64,000 bases of DNA from Vampirovibrionaceae bacterium NZW_1234 (GTDB lineage Bacteria; Cyanobacteriota; Vampirovibrionia; Vampirovibrionales; JAGQHJ01), in NCBI GenBank assembly GCA_041697335.1, contig JBGUGD010000009.1:64001-128000 (forward strand), in the 5' to 3' direction. Under the pieces are notes generated by a model. It did not search any database. It saw only the letters and a program-made list of their open reading frames with translations, and was not told the origin of the DNA. This document shows positions 38,034-47,192 of this stretch, in pieces. Made by a program: the position numbers and the translations under genes. Within the stretch, counting starts at the first letter, position 1. Every line of letters starts with the position of its first letter.

Positions 38034-40535
38034 ATGCCAATGATTGGAGTAAATCCTTATTACGATGGATCTGCCAACCGAACTTTCGGTGGGAATGAAC
38101 CAAATCAGCCGTCAGCTCCAAGTTCGCCTTCCACTGGCTCCAACGCAAATTATGTAGATCAGGCCAGACAGGCTGAACTTCAAGAGCGTAATCGACGGTA
38201 TAACGCTCGTGGACAGTTCTATGAAGCCCAAAAGAAACGGGAAGAAAAGGGTTGGGCATGGTGGGCTAACCCGACTGTTGACATGGAAAGCCTGCAGAAA
38301 CGCCAGAACGAGGAAGCACAGAATTTACGTAACCAGGCTCCAGAGGTTAAACCTCAGAAAACCGGGTGGCAAAAATTCTGGAGTGGTGTTAAGTGTGCTA
38401 CTAACTTTGTGAAAGGTGCAACGGTTGGTTTTGTTAAGAAAACCTACCAAAGCATGTGCTGTGACGAGAACGGCAATTTTAGTTGGAAGAAAACTTTAAC
38501 CTCTGCGGCAGTTGTTGGTGTTGCTGTCGCTGCCTGCGCAATACCCGGTGTCGGACCTGTTATTTCAGCAGGTTTATTGGCATATGGCTTAGGCTCTTCA
38601 GCCATTGCTGTTGCTCAAAACGCTGCTAAAGTTTATGACTTGTACAGCAAAGGCGAGTACGAAATGGCAGAAGCAGCTGGTTATGAGCTAGGGGTGGAAA
38701 CCACCAATGCCGCAATGTGTTTCGCCGGTGGTATGCAGGCCCTCAAGGCAATGAAAGCAGCTCGTGCTGCTCAGGCTGCTCAGGCTGCCAATCGAGCCAC
38801 TTCAATTGCTAATCGGGCTGGAAAGCTTGCCAACTTAGCGGATGATGCCATTGCGATGTCTGACAAAGGCAAATTAATTGCAAGATTGCCTATTAAAGGT
38901 GGTGGCACAAAAGAACTGGATGTTCTGAAAAATATTACACGTGCTGCAGACAAAGCAGATGATATGCTTCCGATGGTCACTCGTGGTACACGCTATGCCA
39001 GAAATGGTTCTAGTATGGCCGATAAAGCCAAGTCTGCCGCAGAAGGCATGCGTAATTCGGCTGAAAGAGTTAAAGCTGCAGCTGACAAATTGAAAGATAT
39101 GGATAAGCTGCGTAAAGCGCAACAAGAAGCACGTCAAGCTATGAAAGACTTGGCACCAAAACTGAAGGATCAAAGAAGTACCATCACTCGACTGGAATCG
39201 CAGCTTAAATCTGCTACGTCCAAGTCGCAAAGAAGAACTATTACCAAGCAATTGGAAACTGCTAAAACGCAGGCTTCACAGACCAAAGCTCAAATGCAGC
39301 AATTGGGTGGTAAGCTCAAAGAAGCCAAGGCACCTATGCGGGAAGTTAAAGATGCGCTGCGTGAATACCAGGCTCACGCCCGTGATTTTGCTAAGGTGGC
39401 TCGCAAGTCTTCGAATCTGACCACACGATCCAATATGCAGTATTTGGCTCGCCAAAAGCAGGCAGGTTTTAGAGGTGGTTGGAAAAACCCGCTTAACTTG
39501 GTTGCAAGACCCTTGGCTCGCATTAAGAATGCCGGTATGGAAGTTCTTCGTGAAACCAAGCTCAGCATGGGCTTTAAAGTGAAGCCTCCTACAGGCACTG
39601 CTGAAGCTGCTAAGTCTGGCTGGAGATTGACCCGCTGGATGCCAAAACCCTGGAAATGGATGCGCAGCGGTAGCAAAATGGTCGATAAAATGACCAAGCC
39701 GAAGCCGCTCCGGGTTCCCGGTATTGATAAACCTAGAGGTTTCGATGCAATGAGTGCCGCTGAGAAAGCTGCCTTTAGACAACAACGGGCTGCACTCTAT
39801 GATCAGGCTCGCACGAATTTGACCGGTCGCAATGTTAAACTGGATCCTGTAAGACCGAAACCAGTCAGTACTAATCCAAGACCTACATCTCCGACTCCGG
39901 CGCCCAGCACAGTGGCTTCTCCGCCACCAGCACCTGCGGTCACTAATCCTGTTGCTCCGGTTGTTCGAGGAGGCCGTACCTTAACACCCAGTGAAGTAGC
40001 TCGTAATGCCAGAGTTCAGCAAGTGCGAGATGCAGTAGAAGTCGGTAAGCAATGGGTGTACAACAGAGCAACCAAAACCTGGAGTTGGATCTGGGGAGAT
40101 AAAAACAAACCCACTCAAATTGTGGGTGATACCCTTCCCAGAATCTTTACCAGCCCTAATTTGGCTACTCGTACCCAGGTTCGCTTGCCCTATGCAGTGC
40201 TTGCTGTCTCTGAAGGTCGTAACATGCTAGGTGTTGGAACCACCACGGATGAAATGATGGATCCCTTCCGGGCACCAAACGTGGAAAGATACGATCCTAA
40301 CGCTGCTCGGGAACAGGGTGACGATACTTCTGCTCCTGCAGGGATTCGTTACAGAAGCAATTACACGCCTGTTATCGAAGGAACTCCAGTTGCCACTGTT
40401 GGTGGAACATCTGTTCCTTATGGAACCTGGGTATCCTCTTACGATGATATGTATGGAAGTTACATTATGGACGATGTTCCAGGATCTTACACAGGAGGGC
40501 GAACTGCCGGTACCCGGTTCGCAACCAGTGGGTAA
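38034..40535 (+). CDS. Large hypothetical protein: hydrophobic hairpin + basic coiled coil + Pro-rich region
   Basis: 833 aa, no Sec signal; TLTSAAVVGVAVAACAIPGVGPVISAGLLAYGLGSSAIAV; long Ala/Lys helix. Confidence 0.88.
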   Translation: MPMIGVNPYYDGSANRTFGGNEPNQPSAPSSPSTGSNANYVDQARQAELQERNRRYNARGQFYEAQKKREEKGWAWWANPTVDMESLQKRQNEEAQNLRNQAPEVKPQKTGWQKFWSGVKCATNFVKGATVGFVKKTYQSMCCDENGNFSWKKTLTSAAVVGVAVAACAIPGVGPVISAGLLAYGLGSSAIAVAQNAAKVYDLYSKGEYEMAEAAGYELGVETTNAAMCFAGGMQALKAMKAARAAQAAQAANRATSIANRAGKLANLADDAIAMSDKGKLIARLPIKGGGTKELDVLKNITRAADKADDMLPMVTRGTRYARNGSSMADKAKSAAEGMRNSAERVKAAADKLKDMDKLRKAQQEARQAMKDLAPKLKDQRSTITRLESQLKSATSKSQRRTITKQLETAKTQASQTKAQMQQLGGKLKEAKAPMREVKDALREYQAHARDFAKVARKSSNLTTRSNMQYLARQKQAGFRGGWKNPLNLVARPLARIKNAGMEVLRETKLSMGFKVKPPTGTAEAAKSGWRLTRWMPKPWKWMRSGSKMVDKMTKPKPLRVPGIDKPRGFDAMSAAEKAAFRQQRAALYDQARTNLTGRNVKLDPVRPKPVSTNPRPTSPTPAPSTVASPPPAPAVTNPVAPVVRGGRTLTPSEVARNARVQQVRDAVEVGKQWVYNRATKTWSWIWGDKNKPTQIVGDTLPRIFTSPNLATRTQVRLPYAVLAVSEGRNMLGVGTTTDEMMDPFRAPNVERYDPNAAREQGDDTSAPAGIRYRSNYTPVIEGTPVATVGGTSVPYGTWVSSYDDMYGSYIMDDVPGSYTGGRTAGTRFATSG

Positions 40536-40543
40536 CTTGATAC

Positions 40544-40575
40544 AAAAAGCCTCATCCCAACGATGAGGCTTTTTT
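40544..40575. terminator. Bidirectional terminator
   Basis: aaaaagcctcatc/gatgaggcttttt between convergent genes. Confidence 0.85.
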
Positions 40576-41752
40576 AGTTCACATTGAGCGCTATTCGTGT
40601 ATCAAATTGACCACGTACTCGTTGATCCAAATCCTGAATTGTACTTAGGGAAGGACAAGAAGTGAGATCTTTTGCATGCAGGTTCATTACTTGTTCAATA
40701 AGACGAGGAATATCCATAAAGCCGATCCTGCCTTTCAAGAACGCATCCACGGCCAGCTCATCGGCGGCGTTTAGGACCACGGGCATGGTGCCGCCGATTT
40801 TGGCGGCTTGGCGGGCCAGGGCCAGGCACGGAAATTTATCGGGATCTGCTGGGTAAAGTTCAAGTTGGGAGAGCTGGGTCAGATCCAGGTGGAGGTCGGA
40901 ATCAGTGGCTGACCAGCGTTCGGGGAAGGTGAGTCCGTATTGCAGGGGGACCCGCATATCCGGCTGGCCGAGTTGAGCAATAATCGAGCCATCGTTAAAG
41001 GCGACGGCGCTGTGAATGATGCTTTGAGGGTGAACCACGACCTCAATCTGATTCAGGGGCATTTGAAATAGATGATGGGCTTCGATAATTTCCAGGCCTT
41101 TGTTCATCATGGTGGCTGAATCAATGGTGACTTTGGGGCCCATTTGCCAGTTGGGGTGCTGCAAGGCTTGTTGCGGAGTGACGGAGGCCAAGGCGTCGGG
41201 AGAAATACTTCGGAACGGGCCGCCAGAGGCGGTGAGATAGAGCTTGCGGACTTCTGTTTGAGGGGACTGGCATCCTTGCAGGCATTGAAAAATAGCAGAA
41301 TGCTCACTATCCAGCGGGACAATCTGATCCAGATACGGGGCGACCAGATGCCCGGCAACGACAAATGTTTCCTTGTTCGCTGTAAGGACTTTCTTCCCGG
41401 CCTCAAGGGCTCGAAGGGTCGGCAGTAATCCGGCAAATCCGGTAATGCCCACGACAACGATATCCACATCTTCATGGGTGACAATATCACAAAGGCCGGT
41501 TTCTCCCACAGCGATGAAGGGCAGGGGGTACTTCGAGTCGTGAGCAAGCTTATCGCGAAAGTCACCCAGAGCATTCTCATCTGCCACACAAACAAGCTGT
41601 GGTGAAAAGGCTTGAACCTGGTCTGCCAAAAGGGACGTATTTCGTCCCGCTGCGAGTGCCACAACCTGAAACGCCTGATGATAATGGGCCAGGATACTGA
41701 GTGTTTGTGTTCCGATTGACCCCGTGGAGCCAAGAACGGCGACTCGTTTCAA
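40574..41752 (-). CDS. dxr: 1-deoxy-D-xylulose 5-phosphate reductoisomerase
   Basis: LGSTGSIG, ANKE, PLDSEHSAIFQ, LTASGGPF, HPNWQMGPKVTIDSATMMNKGLE. Confidence 0.98.
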   Translation of the reverse strand: MKRVAVLGSTGSIGTQTLSILAHYHQAFQVVALAAGRNTSLLADQVQAFSPQLVCVADENALGDFRDKLAHDSKYPLPFIAVGETGLCDIVTHEDVDIVVVGITGFAGLLPTLRALEAGKKVLTANKETFVVAGHLVAPYLDQIVPLDSEHSAIFQCLQGCQSPQTEVRKLYLTASGGPFRSISPDALASVTPQQALQHPNWQMGPKVTIDSATMMNKGLEIIEAHHLFQMPLNQIEVVVHPQSIIHSAVAFNDGSIIAQLGQPDMRVPLQYGLTFPERWSATDSDLHLDLTQLSQLELYPADPDKFPCLALARQAAKIGGTMPVVLNAADELAVDAFLKGRIGFMDIPRLIEQVMNLHAKDLTSCPSLSTIQDLDQRVRGQFDTRIALNVN

Positions 41753-41770
41753 GGAAAGGTCCTCTTCAGC

Positions 41771-41983
41771 CTAGAGCTTGGACATCGCACCGCATGCGGT
41801 GCAGACATACTCGGGCTCGCCCCAGGAGTTCAGGCCCCGATAGACCATATTCTCACCACAGTGGCATTGCACGGTATCCTTGTTGGCAGCAATGCCTTTG
41901 GCATTTTCACATTGCGGGTTCATGCAGCGAGTACCGGTTTCCGTCTTGAGGATTCGGCCGTTACACAAAGTACATCTATCCAT
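41771..41983 (-). CDS. Small double zinc-ribbon protein
   Basis: GGAGG RBS; CxxC...CxxxxC...CxC...CxxC. Confidence 0.7.
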   Translation of the reverse strand: MDRCTLCNGRILKTETGTRCMNPQCENAKGIAANKDTVQCHCGENMVYRGLNSWGEPEYVCTACGAMSKL

Positions 41984-42086
41984 GGTGCAGTCCTCCATCA
42001 GCATTCGATTGAGCGTATCCCTTCTATTTTATCCAAGAGATACGCTATGCAACAGCGTCAGTTTTGTGTCCTGGACTGAGGCTGCT

Positions 42087-42653
42087 TTAAGCAGGAGGAT
42101 TCTCTAAGGCTTGCACGTTGCTCACTTCTCCTGCCACACGTGTGCCATCGCCCATTAAAATGCGTGTTGATGGGGGGAGTTGGCGTCTGATTTGAGTATA
42201 GAGGGCGTTAATCGCTTTGATAGTTTTTGCATTTTGGTGCGTATCGGACCCGCTGAAGCCGGATTGTATCTTGCCATTGAAAGACACATCGACATAGTCC
42301 TTGAATGCACGAGCCACACGACTGTCCAAGAACGTTTCAACAACCGAGTCCAGTACATCGGGTACGAGCAGATCAATCCGGTGCGGGCTGACACGGCTAT
42401 AAAACGCGAGCGCTGTGGGGGGCAGTAAGTCAGGCGTTTCAGTTAATGTTTGGCTCACCACATCTCGGCTTTCATCCACAATAGCTTTGGTAATGGTATG
42501 CACATACTTCTCGGCCGCAAAAAGATTGGTGGTATCTGGGCCACCGCCACGGCGTTGGAACTTTTGAAAGCCGGGTCGGGTCACATCGTATTTTGAATCC
42601 AGTCTGACCTGGAAGTGGGAACCAAAACGGAGTGAAGTCGGGGTCAGTGTCAT
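42087..42653 (-). CDS. Hypothetical protein with N-terminal SLRFG motif
   Basis: MTLTPTSLRFGS; AGGA RBS. Confidence 0.75.
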   Translation of the reverse strand: MTLTPTSLRFGSHFQVRLDSKYDVTRPGFQKFQRRGGGPDTTNLFAAEKYVHTITKAIVDESRDVVSQTLTETPDLLPPTALAFYSRVSPHRIDLLVPDVLDSVVETFLDSRVARAFKDYVDVSFNGKIQSGFSGSDTHQNAKTIKAINALYTQIRRQLPPSTRILMGDGTRVAGEVSNVQALENPPA

Positions 42654-42830
42654 CGTCTGTATCTTCCTATCGATTGTAATGTTCTAAATGAGTGGATCGG
42701 AGTGGTTGGGTCTTCTAATGAAGGCAGAAAATGATGACAAATTGCTTTTGGTAAGCAAAAAAAATTGATGGATAAAACGAAGCGAGCCGCTTACTTGCCA
42801 CTCGCTTCGTTTCTCAAGAGTCATTGTATT

Positions 42831-43421
42831 TTATGAGCGACCTTGGAAAATACTCTCCGGGGTTTTCAAGTACACACGTCCCCGCAGTTTATAGTTTTCC
42901 AGATGTTCCCGAGCATAGCGTTCGGCATCTTCCCATTGGCGGGGTGACAACTTGTCTTTCAGGCTGTTCAAGTGACCTTTGGCCTCAGGAACACCTTCTG
43001 AAGCGGCCAGGAGCATCAGGCCAACATAGGGAACCTTGTGGTGGGGCAGGCGATCCATGAGGGCGCCCATAATGTCCTCACCCAATCGAAGGCGTTTCAC
43101 AAATTGATAAAAACGTTTCGGACTCGACCGTTCATCCGGTTGATCTAGCATGAACCGAGCCAATTGGTACCGTGCTTCAGGAAAATCTGGCTCTTTGGCC
43201 AGTCCTTCCAACATGGCTTTGGCCTTTTCCAGATCACGCAGTTTCGGATTAATGGGGCCATGCGCAAATGCTTGGCCGGTTTCATACATAATGGCTTCTG
43301 ACAGTCGGCGTTGATTCGGGGTGCTTTGCTGTTCTACCGTCGCCGTCGTGTCGTCACCGCCATAAAGGCGCAGATAAGGACGATCACCGCCAAAGCGTAA
43401 AGACGAAGGAGGAATGTGCAT
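42831..43421 (-). CDS. Hypothetical Sel1/TPR-like protein with N-terminal SLRFG motif
   Basis: MHIPPSSLRFGG; RDLEKAKAMLE...PEARYQLA; AASEGVPEA. Confidence 0.7.
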   Translation of the reverse strand: MHIPPSSLRFGGDRPYLRLYGGDDTTATVEQQSTPNQRRLSEAIMYETGQAFAHGPINPKLRDLEKAKAMLEGLAKEPDFPEARYQLARFMLDQPDERSSPKRFYQFVKRLRLGEDIMGALMDRLPHHKVPYVGLMLLAASEGVPEAKGHLNSLKDKLSPRQWEDAERYAREHLENYKLRGRVYLKTPESIFQGRS

Positions 43422-44141
43422 CAGGGGTTCCTTTATTTCAATCTTCGTGAATAGAGATGTTGTAATGAGATATAAAACAAGGCAAAGGTCACAATTGCGT
43501 CCGACTCACATTTCCTGTTGAAGCGCTATTATTGCCATTAGGACCGGCCTTTTATGGTGGGTCGAAATCATGTGGATATGGAAAACCAAAAAGAATCTTA
43601 GGATTCCTGATTTACTAGCAAAACTAAAAAAACAGTTGTGTTTATATTTATACAAGCAATGATGATGGTGCCAAACACCTAAATTATGGGCTTGCGGTTA
43701 GATGGAAGTTATAGGCTGTGTACGAATAAAGAGTCTGTCAGAAGGATGCATATAAACAGATCTGCACGCTGTTTAGAATTGCCCCTCGATGACAATAACG
43801 ATTTCAACCCACGTGTATAATCCCACGGCATACGGTGATTGACCCATAGGTGCCAACACCCGTTGCCACAGGGACACATGCAACTGTAGACAATACCATT
43901 TTCTCTTCTTTCAAGAGAAAAACATTGTGTTGGCATGCAGTGGGATCACGCGCTCTGCAAATAAGAGAAAATGCAGGCGGGTCTTCACCTGCACGAAAAA
44001 GCAACTTAATTCAATGGGAAAGGAAAAACCAATGAGTTGATATGCAAGCGAATGACCCGAAAAACAAGGATAAAAGACGGTTATTAGGCGATATTCAGAG
44101 AATTATTCGGTAACACATAAGCTGGGAGGATTACTTAAGGT

Positions 44142-45584
44142 ATGAAAGAATTTGAATTTTTATTACCCCTGTATATGGATTTAAGTGTCTCGGGTTCAAG
44201 TGCAGCCTCGGGTGCATCCAATGTTGAGGCCCCCAAACGCAAGAAGCCCGAAGAGTTGCAGCAAACAACGGATTCTGTGGCAGAGTTGCCGGAATCGGAA
44301 ACGGATGATGCGTCAAAAGTATCAGAAAGTTCTGCCCAAATGCCGACAGGCGACTTTGACGATGCTATGGGCGATTTCGAAGAGGTCAGTTTAAAAGACT
44401 CAGCTGCACCCGAGGATGATACGACTGAAGTTAGTGATACCAGTGGTACGCCCGAGGATGATACCACGGAAGTCAGTGATACCAGTGGCACGCCAGAAGA
44501 TGACACAACGGAAGTAAAAGACACCAGTGGCACTCCGGAAGATGATACCACCGAAGTGAAAGACACGGGCAAACCGCCTGCTAAGCCAGAAGAAAAGGAC
44601 GATACGGCCCGAGCTGCCGAAAAAAAGGATAAACCTGCTACCAAGCCTGATGCAAAAGGTGGTAAGTTGGATCCCGAAAAATTACCAACGTTTAAAGATA
44701 TGAAGGGGGCGCCTCCGGAAGCTCGTGATTTAACCGATCAGAAAATTGATGAAAACAACGTTGGCGATGCCGCTAAAATGGCAAAAGACAAGGGTGTCGG
44801 TTTTAAAGGCGATGCTAAGGAAGTGGTTGCAAGAGCTACAGAGATGGTAAAAGCCGGTATTAAGAAAAACGAACAGCTTTTAGCCGCTAAAGGTGGTGGG
44901 GCTGGTAAGGATACAGCCAAACCGTCTGGTGATAATGCAGGTGGTCTTGGCAAAGATGGCGCCTCTGCCAAAGATGGTGGCGGTGGAATCGGAAGTAATG
45001 CTGGCGGAGAACCCGTTCGTTTCCCTCGTGAATTCTGGGGTGCCGGGCCAGACGCGGAAAATATCAAATCCCAGTTGGAGCAACAAGTTGGACCGCTGGT
45101 TGATCAATGTAATAAACTGGCGGATCAGGTTGACGGGGGCCAAGGTGCTAAAGGTAATGATAAAAAACCTGAAAACAAAGAGAAAGCCGGTGGCGGTGAA
45201 GGTGCGCCTCCAACGAAAGAAGCCAAGGGTAAAGAAGGCACCGGTGGTAAAGAAACCAAGCCCGCAGCCAAAGAACCCAGTCCATTCGCTCGGCGGACGG
45301 ATCTTAAGCCCGGTGAAAAACAGCCCTCTGTTGAAGACACGGCACGCCGCTTAAGAACGGAAGATCCCTCTGGTAAAAAACTCAATGAAGCTCTGGATGG
45401 TTTGAAAAAAGAAGATATTAATGGATTTAACCCCTTCAATAACGATTTGCCAAACCTCCAGCGATTATTACGGCAACGTTTACGAGATCTTCAAGCCAAT
45501 CCCACGGCGGAAAACCAGAAATTAATTGAACAAACTCGACAGAACCTTCGAGAAATAGATAATCGAATGCGTTCGGTTGCCTAG
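44142..45584 (+). CDS. Acidic low-complexity hypothetical protein with 4 x 14-aa PEDDTTEV.DT.G repeats
   Basis: 480 aa; 42-bp repeats at about 44409-44570; central domain paralogous to 47193-48437. Confidence 0.85.
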   Translation: MKEFEFLLPLYMDLSVSGSSAASGASNVEAPKRKKPEELQQTTDSVAELPESETDDASKVSESSAQMPTGDFDDAMGDFEEVSLKDSAAPEDDTTEVSDTSGTPEDDTTEVSDTSGTPEDDTTEVKDTSGTPEDDTTEVKDTGKPPAKPEEKDDTARAAEKKDKPATKPDAKGGKLDPEKLPTFKDMKGAPPEARDLTDQKIDENNVGDAAKMAKDKGVGFKGDAKEVVARATEMVKAGIKKNEQLLAAKGGGAGKDTAKPSGDNAGGLGKDGASAKDGGGGIGSNAGGEPVRFPREFWGAGPDAENIKSQLEQQVGPLVDQCNKLADQVDGGQGAKGNDKKPENKEKAGGGEGAPPTKEAKGKEGTGGKETKPAAKEPSPFARRTDLKPGEKQPSVEDTARRLRTEDPSGKKLNEALDGLKKEDINGFNPFNNDLPNLQRLLRQRLRDLQANPTAENQKLIEQTRQNLREIDNRMRSVA

Positions 45585-45629
45585 TTGTTCAACAGTCAAT
45601 GGAAATTATGAATGTGAAACAGGTTTTCA

Positions 45630-45692
45630 ACCTAGCGTAACTGTCGTAAACACTTACGAGACAACCCCCGACGCAAGTCGGGGGCTTTTTTT
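45630..45692 (+). terminator. Conserved 34-nt 3' element + terminator (copy 1)
   Basis: acctagcgtaactgtcgtaaacacttacgagaca, then cccccga/tcggggg stem and T-tract. Confidence 0.8.
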
Positions 45693-45995
45693 AGCGTTCT
45701 TTAGACTCTTTTTGGAAAACTTAAAAGACCCTTAAACTCACATCAAATCTAGCACAAGGGACTTCAAGGATTGTTTTTATACATTTAGAAAGACCTGATA
45801 TGAATAATGATACTAGGCTGTGTACGGTAAATTAACGAGTCAATTAAAACGAGCAGTGCTTTTAACACAATAGGAAGCACTCTGGTGTGTACCCGCTGAC
45901 TGTCGCCAGGTACGGCTTATGGTGCTAGGCATTGCCCGGCGTATCGTCAACGAGTCTCAAGGGCTGAGACTGAATGATATTCTAGGCTGAGAGGA

Positions 45996-46670
45996 ATGAC
46001 TACTATGATGAAGACCACATTCGAGTTTTTAACCCCAGTGTATAAAGTAGGGCTGCCCATCCTGTCCCAATCGGGTGCGGCAGGGGCCACATTTAAAAAA
46101 TTGTTGGAGGACACGCAAAAAAGTGCGCCACAGCAACAACCGGGTGCAGCGTCCCCGTTGGCGGGACCGTCTCAGGATACCCTGCAGAGTGACAACACAA
46201 ACCAAGTAAATCCCAGCGATGACGATGCCGATTTATTTGAAGCCCAAGGACAAGGCCCACAGGGTGCTGAGGATCCGGGCGCAGCTGAGCCCGCAGGTGA
46301 AACCGAGGGTACCCAGGGGAACCCAAACCCAACTGGAACTCCTGGTGAGGGTGATAATACGGCCAAGGGGACAGAGGGACCCAATGGGGCACAACAAGAA
46401 CAAGGCGACGCCCCCCGGAGCCTTCAAGATCTGGAGAAAGAGTACAAAGAGTTGGTCGATGGCTATGAAAGGCTTTCTCAGCAAGAGAAGGAAAGTCCCA
46501 CGGGCAAGCGGTTAGAACAAGTTCTCCGGGACATCGAGAAAAAACTTGAGGAAAAGCGAAAGGAAAAAGCCACTGGTCAACCTGGAGGCAACAACCCCCA
46601 AAATCCGCAGAACCCGCAAAATGCTGAAAACGGTCAAAATCAGCAACGTCGACAGCTCCAAGCATCCTAG
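45996..46670 (+). CDS. Gln/Gly/Pro-rich hypothetical protein with a coiled coil
   Basis: N-terminal FEFLTPVY matches FEFLLPLY of 44142. Confidence 0.8.
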   Translation: MTTMMKTTFEFLTPVYKVGLPILSQSGAAGATFKKLLEDTQKSAPQQQPGAASPLAGPSQDTLQSDNTNQVNPSDDDADLFEAQGQGPQGAEDPGAAEPAGETEGTQGNPNPTGTPGEGDNTAKGTEGPNGAQQEQGDAPRSLQDLEKEYKELVDGYERLSQQEKESPTGKRLEQVLRDIEKKLEEKRKEKATGQPGGNNPQNPQNPQNAENGQNQQRRQLQAS

Positions 46671-46680
46671 ATTTATTTTC

Positions 46681-46743
46681 ACCTAGCGTAACTGTCGTAA
46701 ACACTTACGAGACACCCCCCGATACCCATCGGGGGCTTTTTTT
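46681..46743 (+). terminator. Conserved 34-nt 3' element + terminator (copy 2)
   Basis: Identical 34-mer to 45630, followed by a cccccgat/atcggggg stem and T-tract. Confidence 0.8.
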
Positions 46744-47192
46744 ATCTGCACTGGTTTCAATTCAAGACGTCCCTCTAAGGGATTGACCCTCATTATCCAT
46801 GTGCTGAAAATGAACGTCAAACGCAGATCCTTAAGAGATTATTAGGATCGTCTTGAAACTAGCACAAACGAAATCTAAAACGATTTTATATTTATACAAA
46901 CAAACGAGCCAATCACATCATCAAGGTGAACTGCTGCTCAAACGTAGGCTGGTGAACAAGACAAGTTTTATTAAATCAGCTGTTGATGCATGCCGTGCTA
47001 CTTTGCCGTGAATGGCAAGATACTTCGGTGAATCTAGCTTCGTGAGGTCAATAGTTACGTAAGGAAATAACCGATGTCATAAGTCTTTATCGTGCGGTCG
47101 TGCGCAATCACGGTCCAGAGTGGGCTGTCGCGTGCGCTGTTGTGAGTCAAGTTATGTAAGTGTTTACGACAATACGCTGGGAGGAAAAACAA

